Assembly: GCA_030704615.1 (NCBI GenBank)
Contig: CM060733.1
Span: 26,722,001-26,786,000 of the forward strand
DNA: 64,000 nucleotides
Direction of reading: 5' to 3'
From: Takakia lepidozioides
Taxonomy: Eukaryota; Plantae; Bryophyta
Made by a program: the position numbers and the translations under genes. Below the pieces are notes generated by a model. The model saw nothing but the letters and a program-made list of their open reading frames with translations. It was not told where the DNA came from and searched no databases. Shown in pieces: positions 51,593 through 64,000 of the stretch (its first letter is position 1; the number at the start of each line of letters is the position of its first letter).

Positions 51593-52717
51593 TCAGAGCA
51601 TCGCATCCAGCCTCGGCTCCAAAAAGTACCCGTCCACAGCAGAACAATCCCGAAATGGACAAGAAGGCAACCACTGCCAACTCTTTGTTGTAATTTCGTA
51701 TGCCAACACTTGCAGTTGAGGCTTTGTACTGTCAATCAGAAAGTAAATCATATCTCCATTTCCGTGACAACGAATCTCACCCAACGGGTCCGAATCTTGC
51801 AGTTTGCGTTGATGTTCTGATGGCATCTTGTCATACTCCGTCCACTTTTTAGCAGATGCATCGAGCTGCCAGATGCACTTACTCAACTCTAAGTCTTCTC
51901 CGACCAGCAAGAGCCGATCAGGATGAGGCACAAGATGAACGTTTGACAGCCACTTCAAGACTGACAATGGTTCAAATACGGTCCAATCTCCCTGCTCGAC
52001 ATTATATGCCAAGATATTGTCTACGTATCGAGCCGTGCAGTAGAACACCCCCCTCCAGGCAACGCACTTCACGAAAAAAAGCTTGGGAATCTCCCTAAGG
52101 GTCGCCAAAGTAGTTGTCCAAGAATCGCTGACGGAGTCATAGACTTTGGTTGCAATCCTGACGCCCGAGTTAGCTTCAGAGTCCTTGACCATCGGAACAA
52201 TGATCTTGTAAGCATGCGCACTCTCAGCCTCCATCATTCCAACGACACAACCCCGGTACATGCCTTGCATAACAGGGGCAGGAGGCAGCTTTCTGCTCTC
52301 CCTTGTCAGAGGATTGCTCACAGTTAAATCTGTGTATCCGGGACCATTCACCCACTTCTCCCCAATGCAGAGGAGCCCTGCAGCTCCTGCAAGGAGATCA
52401 CAAGCGACCGGGAGATACGAAAAGGAGATGTTGTGCCACTTGTTAAGCACCTTATCATAGGCCCACCCCACCCTGCCTCCCATCCTGGCAAAAGAGACGA
52501 GAAGAAACCAGGCAGGCTCAACTGCAGACCGACCTCCGGCATAGACATTACGGAAGTCCCTTTCCATCAACATGAAGTTCCAGCTTTTGCACACAGAGCG
52601 AGCTCGAAGAATACTTTGCACCGGCAGCATCGCCAGCACTTGCCGCCACACATCTTCCGGGAGTGAGCTTGCCATCGCTTCAATGACAGACTTGTCCATC
52701 AGAGCATAGGCCTCCAT
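51593..52717 (-). CDS. F-box (kelch-associated, At5g15710/UFO-like) protein, single exon, 374 aa
   Basis: SLPEDVWRQVLAMLPVQSILRARSVCKSWN F-box, GAAGLLC, VSNPLTRESRKLPP, YDSVSDSW, C-terminal WQWLPSCP..FLEPRLDA. Confidence 0.93.
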   Translation of the reverse strand: MEAYALMDKSVIEAMASSLPEDVWRQVLAMLPVQSILRARSVCKSWNFMLMERDFRNVYAGGRSAVEPAWFLLVSFARMGGRVGWAYDKVLNKWHNISFSYLPVACDLLAGAAGLLCIGEKWVNGPGYTDLTVSNPLTRESRKLPPAPVMQGMYRGCVVGMMEAESAHAYKIIVPMVKDSEANSGVRIATKVYDSVSDSWTTTLATLREIPKLFFVKCVAWRGVFYCTARYVDNILAYNVEQGDWTVFEPLSVLKWLSNVHLVPHPDRLLLVGEDLELSKCIWQLDASAKKWTEYDKMPSEHQRKLQDSDPLGEIRCHGNGDMIYFLIDSTKPQLQVLAYEITTKSWQWLPSCPFRDCSAVDGYFLEPRLDAML

Positions 52718-53074
52718 CAAAGCTAGACACGGCGTGATGAGATGAGCGCCTCCTCGATGCTGTCTTCAAAGACGAAAGGCAAAGCCTTTAAGAAGTAGGC
52801 TGCGGAACCTCTCTCTCTCTCTCTGTCTGTCTGTGTACTGTGTACAGCCACACACCGACCTGGCCCTACGTGGCCTCGTATTGGGTGCTCTGCTTTCTGC
52901 TTTCCACCTACCCCACCAAAGCGCCAAAGCAGAAGCTTCTTTTCTCTTTTTCGTCCTTTTTTATTTTTGTCTTGGATTAATTAATTGTTTTTAGAATTCC
53001 GCTGCTGGGTACCGTCCTTTACTTTACTTTCTATCTATATCCTAATTTGACAATATGTAAATGAAAACAAACAC

Positions 53075-53250
53075 CCAATTGGAAGCTCAATTGGATAGCT
53101 TGCTTGGATAGTGCACGGAGTGCCACCTTGGTGATGGTGAGTTCAAATCCTGCTACTGTCTACAGTGCCTTGGGGTCAGGGGTTCAGCCTCGTGTATGCC
53201 TCGATGGCTCATAAATGAAAGCATCGGATGCTCCCAACTTTCCCTTTATT
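53075..53250 (+). mobile_element. tRNA-derived SINE
   Basis: A-box-like GGAAGCTCAATTGGATAG, B box GAGTTCAAATCC, and 3' body TGGCTCATAAATGAAAG shared with the other copies. Confidence 0.55.
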
Positions 53251-54293
53251 AAGAGAAAAGCGAAAACAAAATGAGATTCTCAATGACCGTATGCCCGCCA
53301 ATCAGAATAAACTTCAGGGGAAATATATAAATATATGTATTTATTTTATTTTTTCAACGACAGGGGACGGTGGCCGTGGAAACTTTATTACTTGATTATT
53401 GAAGGGAAAAAATATATATATATTGGGATAATGTTGGTACTTAGGTAGGGATAGTTAGTACAGAAGAAAATAATACAGTAATTGTTAAGGGAAAATAATA
53501 GTACAACAATTATTTCTTGACTTTGGGGCCGCGGACCGACACACGTCGTAGGTGGCGTGGCCATTTTTGTCGCCGCTTCAATAATGTTTTCTGTTTTTTG
53601 TTTGTTTTCTTAGCCGTTTAAAGAAAATGATTTAATTACGAAAAATCTTAAAAGGACAACTTCAGTGTGTCCAATGGCTTATATGAAAGGGGGATAAATT
53701 TCCCCCCTCCTCGCGGGTGTCCCATTTAAATTTATTAAAAGAAACCCAAAATATTAAAACAATTTAATTGTTTTCTCTATCAGTAGAGTATTCAGGGGCA
53801 CCATTCCCAGTATATTTTGTTTTATAAAAAGAAAAAAACAAAAGAAACCGAGTCACCGCCATTCAAGACAGAATTTTGAAATTTTTTGCTTCAAAACGAA
53901 AAAAGAGGGGATGATAACAGATATTTAATAATAATAATAATAATAAAAAATCTTTATGGGTTCTATTTTAATTTAAAACAAATTCTGTTCTGTACCTTCT
54001 AGAAATTGAGGTTCCAGTGTGGCATCACCGATAAACGTGCCCAGCGACGGTGGTCCACGAAATTGAATGGAATTACCTGCGTTGGAGTACTTTTAGTTAG
54101 AAAGACAAAGTGTGCACGCTTTCCAAGTCTGACCAACTACGAGTACAAAGGCTACAATTCCAAGGAAAAAGAGTACAGTTTACCTCTTCAACTACAGTTG
54201 TTAGCATAAATCCAACTTCACGAAAATCGATGAGGTTTTTATCGATCCATCACCCCGAGACGATGGACGGTTGCTTACGCGTTTCGGGGTTAA

Positions 54294-55148
54294 CCCCTAA
54301 GAGGCCCCCCCGACCTTTTTTTTTTTTTTTTTTTTTTTTTGCCTACATCTTTTGCTACCCTTGACCGAAAAATCTACGATCTTTTTTTCTTTTTAGTCTT
54401 TTTAATCGTTACTAAGACTTGCTAAGATCTACACAACTTGATTGTTCAATCATGTTCATTACTGTATCGCCTACCTCCACCTCTTATTTCATGGTTTTTT
54501 TCAGTAAGGATTGGAAGCTGATAACTTGGTGAGCATGAAAATATTCTGCAACCTTTGCAAAATAGGAAAATAGAATCACAAATCTGATCGAACCTCCCAA
54601 ATTGCTGAACCCAATTTCCATAAGATATAGATGTTGGGCAGCTTCTCCTAAAGTCTTAGAATTTTTGGACAAGATTCGGGTGTAACATCCTTTATAGTGA
54701 TCCGGAGGGGAACACATTGCATTTCAGCACTTTGCCACCTTTTTTATTTTAAGAAAAAATTGGGTTTGTTGTTTAACAAACACAACTATTAAAGTAATTA
54801 AAAAAAACACAACGATGTTGGGTTTTTTAGGGTTAAACCCTAAACCATCCCCCCTTTTTTTTTTAAAGTCGGGTAGGTCCTCATAAATATTTGATTGATT
54901 CTATCCATGTAATCCCACTTGGATGGGTTTGCACTAGGTAACGGTTGTTTCTTAAGGCTTATACAATTGGCCAACCCTGTTCCATGTAAGAAACACTTTG
55001 CCCATCTCGTGCTCATCTCTGTCACTAGCCAAAGAGCCGTTTGCATAGGAGTAGGCACTGTGATAGAGCAGATCTTCTTGCACATGTAGCAGCTTTGGAT
55101 TCGGTTGAGAATCCAATGAGAAATTTGTAGGCCAGTGGCACTTAGGGG
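54294..55148. mobile_element. Second piggyBac-like non-autonomous element
   Basis: TTAA|CCCCTAAGAGGC...GGCACTTAGGGG|TTAA (10/12 TIR), with the same CCCCTAA termini as 21747-23097. Confidence 0.6.
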
Positions 55149-55914
55149 TTAACTTCACCATAAGAAGATGATGAAATCCTGTACAGCTTTATTTACAGGA
55201 ACATGAGGTATTTGAACGTATGATAGAAAAACCCCAAAACCTGCGAAAGGACAAAGAAGGGAGGAAGGGGAAGCAAGCTAAAGTAAGCTATTCAAACTGA
55301 TCAGTCATCCCAACCTACTGCATGAAGTAAGAAGACTTCTCAGTTACATGAATCACAACTGAAATTGACGACTCTAGAAGACTTAGACTAGCATATGTGA
55401 GGGACCTATTTTTCCCAAATAGAGATATTATAGCATTTGATTATGTTCCAAGGATCTGTATGTATACATTGAAACTGTGGACAGAGCTTTCTCCAGCAAG
55501 ACTTTGGAAGACAAACAGGATTGCAAAGGATGTAAACTGTGCCCACACAGATGACAACAACTGCCACAGTCGTCAAATAAACTCCCACATTTGCTCTCAG
55601 AGCACTAGACTCAGAAAGTTGGTGTTGCAATTCCAGAGCAAAAAGGTCAGGGTTGGGAGGTTGCCAGTGTAAAACTTTGCCCAGGGCAGAAGTTAAAGGG
55701 GACAACAGGAGGGAAATATGAGGGCAACACCATTGCTACATGCCAGCTGAAGGCTTGGACCTTAGTACCTTTGTAAGTGGAGTAATTTCCTCAGGAATGT
55801 TTTTGGATCAAATGGGGTCAGTAAGGTTCTTCCGAGGTCTCTAAGCATCCGTGCTTCACTCTGGCTCTGCTATCGTTTGGTGGGCGTGGCCCGGCTCCTC
55901 ATCAGAGCTCGGCC

Positions 55915-58900
55915 ATGGCCGCCCATCACTCGCAATTAGCGCTGGCGGCTCCACCGCGATGCTCTCCTTCACGCCCTTCGGCTTTGTGGGAACATACCTC
56001 TTCTTCCTCTGTCGCGATGCCAGAGGCCGGATGGTCTGGCTATGCCCGACTGGCTGCTCTTTTGGAGCCTGTGATGGAGGCCAGGCTCAAAGACAAGGAA
56101 CAGCAGAAAGGCTCGAAATTGTTTGAGGAGACGAGCGATTTTGATGTTGAGGAGACGATTTCACCGGAGAGGCTTCATGAGGAGAGTTTTAATAAGGAAA
56201 TTCCACATGTTGAAGGTAGGGGCGGAGGAGATGATAAGGGATTGAAGCGGGAGGGGCATGCTGAGAAGAAACAGAATGGGTGGAATAACAGTGTGTCCAA
56301 GACATCTGTGAAGCGGCGGTTGGGGAAGCTGCAAGGGAAGCGTGGGCAGCCTTGGGAGAGTGGTCTATCAGATGTGGGTGGCGCCATTTTCCAGTCACTG
56401 CTGCAACTAAGAGGGGACACCATTGTCGGCTCAGTGTTGGAGCCAGCAGAAGTTAAGCTTTCGATCGGCGACCTTTTGTCTTTCATCAAGGGCTTGGGAA
56501 AGGCGGGGCAATGGCAGAAGGCCCTGCAGATTTTCAACTGGATGAAAGGCAAAGACAAGTTCAAGCCAGATGGAGCAACGATTGCAGTTATGCTAAGGAT
56601 ATTAGGGTACGAGGCACAGCTCTCCTCAGCATCGGAGTTGTTTGAGTGCTTGAAGGGCGAGGGATTCTCTTTGGATGTATATGCGTACACGTCTATGATG
56701 AGTGCACTTTCCAGGAGCAGGAAATTTGAGAAGGCCCTCGAGTTGTTTGAGACCATGAAGGAAGAAGGGTGCCAGCCGAGCCTCGTCACTTATAATGTAG
56801 TGATTGACTTGTATGGCAAGAAAGGTGGTTCCTGGGATAAAATTCCTGACGTATTTGCAGAGATGAAATCAAAAGGCATCCAACCTGATGAGTACACGTA
56901 CAACACCGCAATCACGGCGTGTGCAAGGGATTCATTATGCGAAGAAGCCAAGAACCTTTTTGGAGAGATGAAAGCTGCAAAGTGTATGCCCGACAAAGTG
57001 ACATACAATGCATTGCTAGATGTGTATGGGAAGGCCGGGTGGCATGTAGAAGCTTCAAATGTCTTAAAAGAGATGGAAAATGTGGGATGTCCTCCTAATT
57101 GTGTAACTTATAATGAACTTCTCTCTGCATATGGAAGAGCAGGCCTCTTCAATGAGGCAGCTGAAATGAAAGAGTCGATGGTTGGCAAAGGCATTGAACC
57201 TGACGTGGTCACATACACTAGTCTTCTCTGTGCGTATAGTAAGGCAGGGCGAGACAAGCAGGCTATGGACATCTACAGGGAGATGCGAGCAGCCAATTGT
57301 GACCCCAATCTTTTCACCTTCAATGCCTTAATCGACATGCATGGCAAGAAACGAAATTTCAGTGGGATGATGGAAATGTTTGAAGACATGCAGGTGAGGT
57401 TACATTTTGGCAAATACCATAGATCCACCCAGAATTTATTCAGCCCTCCAGGGTTTATGTTGATTAGGCCATGGTAACTATTGGGCTGTGAGAATTCTAC
57501 ATAAAAGTATGTACTGTAAAGAATCTGTCATATACCCTCTAAACTTTCGAGTGAAGCAGAAAATCTGCTCTTGCTTTTGCCATTCAGAGTTTTAGAGGGA
57601 TGTATCTGAGCAGGGTGGAACGAGATGATGACTAGAAACTCTATAACTTTTCCTTGTACTAATTCAGTTTGTGATGCTCCTGTATGCAGGCATGTGGCTG
57701 TGTACCTGATATTGTCACCTGGAACACTCTTCTTGGAGTGTTTGGCAAGAATGGCATGTATAATGAGGTCTTGAAGGTAACAAACTTGCAATGCTGGTTG
57801 TGTAAAGCTGCATGTTTGTAGCTCATGGCATGTCGTCCCCCTTTTCCCAATTGGTTGGATTCATGTGAATAGGTGACACTTGTGCATGGTAGAGGACACA
57901 ATCTTGAGAGGTCATCATAATGGCCTAGCGCATTTATAGGTAGTGTCCTATAAAATTATGAAACTGTCAGTAATTCCACCTGTGTAGTGTAAAACATCCC
58001 ATCATAACTGAGTATGTTCTTTCATGAATCATTTTCACTCCTTTCAGTCGAGGCCTTCCAAAGATTACAGGGAGATGTTCGTCCCTTGACCTTTAAGACT
58101 TCCAGCCCATGTCCTTGCAGCAGTGTGCAGACTGATAGACAGTGAATTCTCGTCAAAGCTGGACTTTGCTAGTTAAGATCAATAAGGACACGTTTGGTTT
58201 TCAGGTGTTTCGAGATATGAAAAAGGCTGGATGTGAGCCAGAGAGGGCGACATTCAACACCCTAATTGACGCCTATGGGAGATGTGGCTCATCACAGCAG
58301 GCTATGGGAATCTACAATGGAATGCTGAGGGCTGGGTGTAGTCCAGACAGGGCTACGTACAACGCATTGCTGGCTGCCCTTGCAAGGGAGGGGCAATGGG
58401 AGCAAGCTGAAGTGGTACTAGAAGAGCTGAAAAATAGCAAGTTTGAAGTGAATGATGTTGCGCATGCTTCTTTGTGGCATGCTTATGCAAATGGTGGGCA
58501 GTTGCAGAAATTGAAGACAGCAGTCGAAGATATGTCTGCACTTGTACCTCTAACCAAAATATTGCATAAGACACTGGTTCTGGTGTACGGCAAGTGTGGT
58601 CTTCTCGAGGAAACGGAGGCTGCATTCCAGGACATGCAACGACATGGGCATCTACCAGATGTCAACACATTCAATGCCATGGTTGCTCTCTTTGGGAAGA
58701 GGGGGAGAGTTGACAAGGCCACAGAAACACTAAAATTGATGAAAAAGACTGGTTTGCTCCCAGATCTGGTCACTTACAATTGTATGATGAGCATGTATGG
58801 GCGGGAAGGTATGTGCCAACGGGCTGAGGAAGTTCTTAGGGAGATGCAAGTAGCAGGGGAGACACCCGACCTTGTCTCCTACAATACACTTATTTTCTCC

Positions 58901-59242
58901 TACAGCAAGCATGAGCAGATGGATGATGCTGCCCGCATTTTCCACGAGATGCGGGCAGCAGGGCTTCAACCCGACAAATTCACATATAACACGTTTGTAA
59001 GTTGCTATGCAAACCTTGGGATGTTCACAGAAGCTATGAATGTGATAAAGCACATGAAAAAGTGTGGGTGTAAGCCGGAGGAAATGACTTACCGAGCCTT
59101 AATTGATGGCTACTGCAAGCTGGGAAAGTTTTCCGAGGTTGATCGTATTCTTCGGTTTATGAAAGAAACAGATCGGAATGTGGACCAGGCTGCGTACCGC
59201 AGACTAGCTGCTCGTATTAGCGAGTATGACTTGAAATCTTAG
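55915..59242 (+). CDS. P-class pentatricopeptide repeat protein (At5g02860-like), ~867 aa, probably organellar; exons 55915-57393, 57690-57776, 58205-59242
   Basis: Many tandem 35-aa PPR motifs (PDxxTYNxLIxxYGKxG), in-phase GT-AG introns, and an Ala/Ser-rich transit-peptide-like N-terminus. Confidence 0.95.
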
Positions 59243-60728
59243 TCTATGTATGATCCTAATCTTGCCTTCGTCCTTCTGCTTCTGTTTCTCTCTTCCTCTC
59301 ATCTCTCCCCCTCCAAAGGCCCGATGATATCTCCCTCTCTCTCCCTCTCTCTCCCTCTGTTACTTCCAGAGTCTCCAGGTGAGAAAATCTGATACTGTTT
59401 GAATTTTGCAGAAGTGAGTGCTTGTAATTTGGGACATTTTGCGAGATTTAACTGTAAATGAGAGGGGTATTCACTGAATAGCAATCATTATTGTAGACAC
59501 ATTACAACAGCTGGTCACTCACTGTTATACCAGATGCTTGAACTTGTACATCAACGAAGTTATGAGACAACTACTCATGTGCTTTCCTTCCCCTTTTTGT
59601 TGCGTCTTCTTCTGAGTGGTTTTACTTTGATGTTTTGTCTTGGTGCCATTAATATTATCTTTGAAAACTCTTCCTTGTCGCGCATTATCATGTTTTTAGT
59701 TATCATTCATATGGGAGTTTAGAGATTTCTAGGTTCTCACAGACGTAATATGTGTTTAGTTCTAAACTATTCGACTCTGATACCCCTCGACAGACGGTAA
59801 GCTGGTCACAGAAAAATCCTTGGCTTGGTTGCTGTTAGGCTTGAGTGGCTTCTACCAGTGTGGAAGGATGGATTGCCACTCCATATTGTCTGCAGCAAGT
59901 GTAAACGTCAGTCTTGCAATATGAAAGGTCATGTAAAGTTGAGATGGGTTAAATTTCGTTCTGCCTTTGTATACCTTTAGTGTTCGTGGGTGATTCCGAA
60001 GATTCGGTGTTTGCAGGTCTTAATTTCTGTAAATATGTAGGCTACATGTACATTCTGTCTGTAAATACGTAGGTGGTGGTATCAAAAAGTTGTTGTCTTC
60101 CTCATCCCAAAGTTTTTAATGCATGAGATTCAGTGACAATCCTTGTGATTGTGACCATACAAACTAGGGATGTGTACACCTGTTTTCTATTAGCTGGCAT
60201 TTGCAAACATATTCTATTACAGACTATCCTGGGAGTCATTCCTTTGATGTTTCAATTGCTGATTTGAGTGGAGGGTGACTTTCTAGATGCAATCTCTCTT
60301 CCCTGTATGTGGGTCACCCAAATACCACAGCCAGATTTCACTACGAATTTGAGTTTTGGAGCCAGGAAATGATACAGATGGTACCTCAGTACACACACTC
60401 CCTGCTGCCTTAGCTCTGCTGAGTCGGTATCAAGTGCCACTGGAGCTGAGCTCAGGAGGTTTTCTCGTCAGGGTTGTGGATGCAACGAAATTGGTATTAC
60501 AATGTGAGGAAAGGTGTTTTCCGCCCTTCCTCACATAGAACTGGAAAAGAAAACCCCTAGGGCATTGCCTTTTGTTTTGTTCACAAAGGCACAAGAGTTT
60601 TGACACACAATTGTGAACCATTTCGATCACTGCAATGGTTCAGTCTTTCTCTCACAAATCCTTGCCTATCTACCACATATGTACATTAACAATGTTTCAG
60701 ATATATGAATGATGGTGGTGGAACTTTT

Positions 60729-60843
60729 ACTACGGATCAAGGTAGAAGATCAACTAGAACATGGAATCCTTCTCAACGACGATTCAGGGACTTCCACTAT
60801 GGATCAAGTTAGAAGATCAACTAGAACATGGAATCCTTCTCAA
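60729..60843. repeat. 48-bp direct repeat (2 mismatches) with a 19-bp spacer
   Basis: 60729-60776 versus 60796-60843. Confidence 0.85.
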
Positions 60844-61914
60844 GTAGTGGCATCTTCACTCTCTTGATTAGAAAGAAATTATTTACCTGGCCCTAAACAG
60901 TACTTCTTTCATATTCTCCCTCTCCATGACGCCAAAAGAGAACTGGATTCAGGGACAAGCGTAATTTATGCCACTCATAGTGCTTACAATCATGAACATA
61001 CCAAGGACTTCACACAAGCTAATGCGCTGTTGTCTGCTTTCTGGACAAATTCGCAAGCAGTATTTAGAGAGATGACGCAGGCCTTGGCCAAAGTAACTAA
61101 GAGCCCACTGCACTCGGCCACCGCCCCTTTCGGGGCTGGACCCCTCTATGGCAAACTTTAATATTTACTCCATTCAAACTGGTGACAGAAGTTTTCAACG
61201 TGTCGCCATATATATATATATCCTAGTGCTTAGTATGATCCAGGTAGCATGATATCCTGGTGAGCAATGTAATCACATGTAAGTTGATGGCAAATGCTTC
61301 AAGTACGTGAAATGAAGAATGGTGTCAAAAACTAGATCGAGTGATGAAAGAGCAGCTGTACTGCTCTTGAAAGATTTGGGAGTAGATTGCAGCAATTACA
61401 TATTTGCACATGAACCTTATTAACTATCCGATTAATCTCTCCAACACATAGCAGTGCAACACAGCCACGTCAAAGGCTAGAGTAGGAGTGCTGACCAAAA
61501 TTATCACTCTGGTTGAGTGTCATTGCTGGCCTGAAATGAACACCGATCTTTCACGATAAAAAGATTGGGCCGAAGCAGCAGCAAGATCAGAAACCGTGAC
61601 AGGAGAAGCTCCGTACACTTTTCAGAATTGCCTGGTTGATATTTGACAAAGGACAATCAAAGTGACAATCAAAGTGACAATCAAAGTTTTGCCAGTGTTC
61701 GTCATGGTTTCGCAATATACCCATGAGTAGCTCGCCGATGGTACGATATGGCCAGCGCAGGCAGAAAAGCCAGCGTGAATAAGAGCCGCTTCTCCCCTTG
61801 GGAAGTTTCTCAAAGGGAACTATAGTCCTGCAGTCCAGTACATCTTAGTCTAGGCTACGAAAAGCCAAATAAAATCATGTAATTCCGACCCAAATCCGAT
61901 CACTCTCGGTCTCT

Positions 61915-64000
61915 TCATTTGGTTGCGGTTTTCGTTTCTTGCACAGCTGGGGGCAACTCATGGAGTTTTCCGGACTTATGTCTCCGGGTAGAGTCCACAT
62001 CCTTGAGCAGACTCTGCAAGCGATGGCGATCCTTTTGGGCATCGGGGTGCACGGTACCCAGCTTCTCCTCCTTGACTCGTACCACCACTTCCAACAGCTT
62101 GATAGCGTCCTCCAGTCTGCATGCCACGGGAGGACATCGACTGTACTTATCGACTGTACTTAAGATTGGCGGTCCAAGTGTAACTAGGCCAAGCAATTAC
62201 TCCACTTGAGTGTTACTCTAGACAAGTTAGCTGAATGGCAAGGACATGGCAAGGACATGCTGGAGGATTTTGTTGACTGCACTGGAATCAGTACTTAAGC
62301 CTCGCCAAAGTTTGAAATTGTGCAACAGGTACACACTGAAATCTCCAGCTAGAAATCTAGAACAGATCAACCTGATGCGGACATAATTTGCATCCAAGGA
62401 ATATGCTCCTCTGAAATTGAGAAGAGCGACTGAGGTGAAATGACAGTTCTTTATCAAGTTATGGTCGCAAAATTAGACCGCGTAAATGCAGCAACGGTGG
62501 CGTTGGAGAGGGTACCTTCCAAGCACATCGTAGGCGCCGGCAAGATTACTGCACACATCAATAGTATCAAGATGATGGGCTCCACAAATGTCCTCCAACG
62601 CACTCTTGGCCTCCTCAAATAAGGATGCAGCTTGCTGGATCTCCCCGAGCTCAACAAATGTTACACCCGTCTGATTCAATAGCATGCCTAATAGAGCAGT
62701 GTTCCTCACCCCTCCATCCCTGAGCTTCAAAGCTGCACTCTTGAATGCATCCAAGGCAAGCGGGAACTGTTTCATCATATGGTAGAGAATTGCCATCTGG
62801 GCTTCGATCCCACCCACTGACACTTGCTGACCTATCAATTCGTCATCGCAAACAAGGAAATATGTTAAAAGGAAATACATACATGTGTAAGAATGATTCC
62901 TTCACTCCCTTCTTCCAATTCCTGTACTGAACGATAGTGGGTCCGTAGAGATTTTCCAGCTTTTTGCCTTTGTATGTTTCCAAGGGGATATTAAATACTG
63001 CAGGATTTCTCGATGTTCCCGCCGACAATTGACCCTTCTTGCATAATGACTTCTTAGGGAGCGAATGAAAGCTGATCGACGATATAAGGACTGAGATTGG
63101 TTACCTGGCAAGCTATCTTGGATCTTGAGCGCTCGCTGAAGGAGGCGGAGCGCTAACTCCTCTTCATTCAATTGCTCTAGGACGGCGGCAATGCCAGTCA
63201 ATCCTTGAACGATATCTTCAGGGGCATGTTCAGCCTCTTGCTCTCTATAGATCCGCAGTGCACATTCACAGTAGGTTTTTGCGTCTCGAGGTTTGTTGGT
63301 TCTAAGGTAGAGTTCCGCTAACCTCACATAAACAGACGCTGTCAACGCATGATTGTCCCCTTTCAAGGCCTTGAATGCCTCGAGAGCTTTTTGGTAGGAA
63401 AGTTCTGCTTCTAAGTCCCGACCCAGTGCTAGGAGGGCATCGCCAATGCTCGAATTGACAGCAGCCACTTCAATCTACCAACATCACTCGCATTCACAGC
63501 AGACTGTATGATCAGAAGTTTTAGGTTTCCCCTCCTTCCCCTTCCCCTCCCCCTCCCCACACCGCGCCCCACCCCCACCCTAGAAAGTGCAGAACTGAGA
63601 AGATATAGCATTTCTCCCCAAGCTGCAAAGAGGCTCCAATCTTTGATCTAGCCAGTCCTAGCATGCTCGAGGACCAGTTGCAACAGCTGAAGTGAAGCGG
63701 CACGTAAGTGGATAGTAAATTAATCTGCAATGTCTAGACTACCCTCGTAGTACTTTTAATGCATTCTTATGTTTGTCCAGATGGTATCAATGGACCCATT
63801 GATGATGTGATGCATAGCCTACCATACTTCAACCGAAGGCACTGCTACTTGTAAAGATATTTTTGCCTTGAATTAAAGCAAGATCAGACAGATACCTCGT
63901 CTTCATTGGCTAGGAAGGTTGCACTTGCTTGTTCCAAATTGTCCAAAGACTTTTCGTGGTCTCCTTGCGCACTGTAGATGAGTGCCAGGAGTTGGCGATC
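61915..64000 (-). CDS. Kinesin light chain-related (KLCR/CMU-like) TPR protein, 3' part; exons <64000-63896, 63474-63105, 62831-62516, 62116-61915
   Basis: DRQLLALIY...|IEVAAVNSSIGD..ASVYVRLAELY..CECALRIY; GIEAQM..LNQTG..HHLDTIDVCSNLAGAYDVLGR|LEDAI..KEEKLGTVHPD. Splice phases are consistent. Confidence 0.92.

Noticed and set aside
56175-59053. Long minus-strand ORFs
   Set aside because: They are antisense to the PPR exons.
60447-60460. AGCTCAGGAGG partial miR390 match
   Set aside because: Only 11 nt match and there is no hairpin.

Overview
Eukaryotic plant nuclear DNA, most likely a moss or other non-seed land plant (inferred from gene content, intron patterns and TE types). The left ~28 kb is a decayed, nested transposon block. 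It contains a minus-strand cluster of four cargo-like pseudogenes: an unknown spliced gene, an FCP1/NIF-type HAD phosphatase, a large gene with a possible degenerate amino-methyltransferase fold, and a short peptide with Pol II CTD-like heptads. Each is preceded by a copy of the 18-bp palindrome CTCGACATTAATGTCGAG, although the copy before the first gene is only a half-site. The block also holds two Ty3/gypsy retrotransposons with -1 frameshift signals, one apparently self-priming and one tRNA-iMet primed with an extra duplicated-domain ORF upstream of gag. Further elements are a nested CACTA element, a possible DNA-transposon gene fragment, an AT-rich tandem array carrying a TTAA-targeted piggyBac-like insertion, and an Elongin A pseudogene. 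The right ~36 kb is gene-bearing: an At3g28720-like membrane protein, a candidate small Cys-rich secreted peptide, an F-box protein, a P-class PPR protein and the 3' part of a KLCR/TPR gene. These are interspersed with SINEs, hAT and Harbinger MITEs, copia debris, a CACTA remnant and a second piggyBac-like element. Family assignments come from motif recognition by eye, not database searches.
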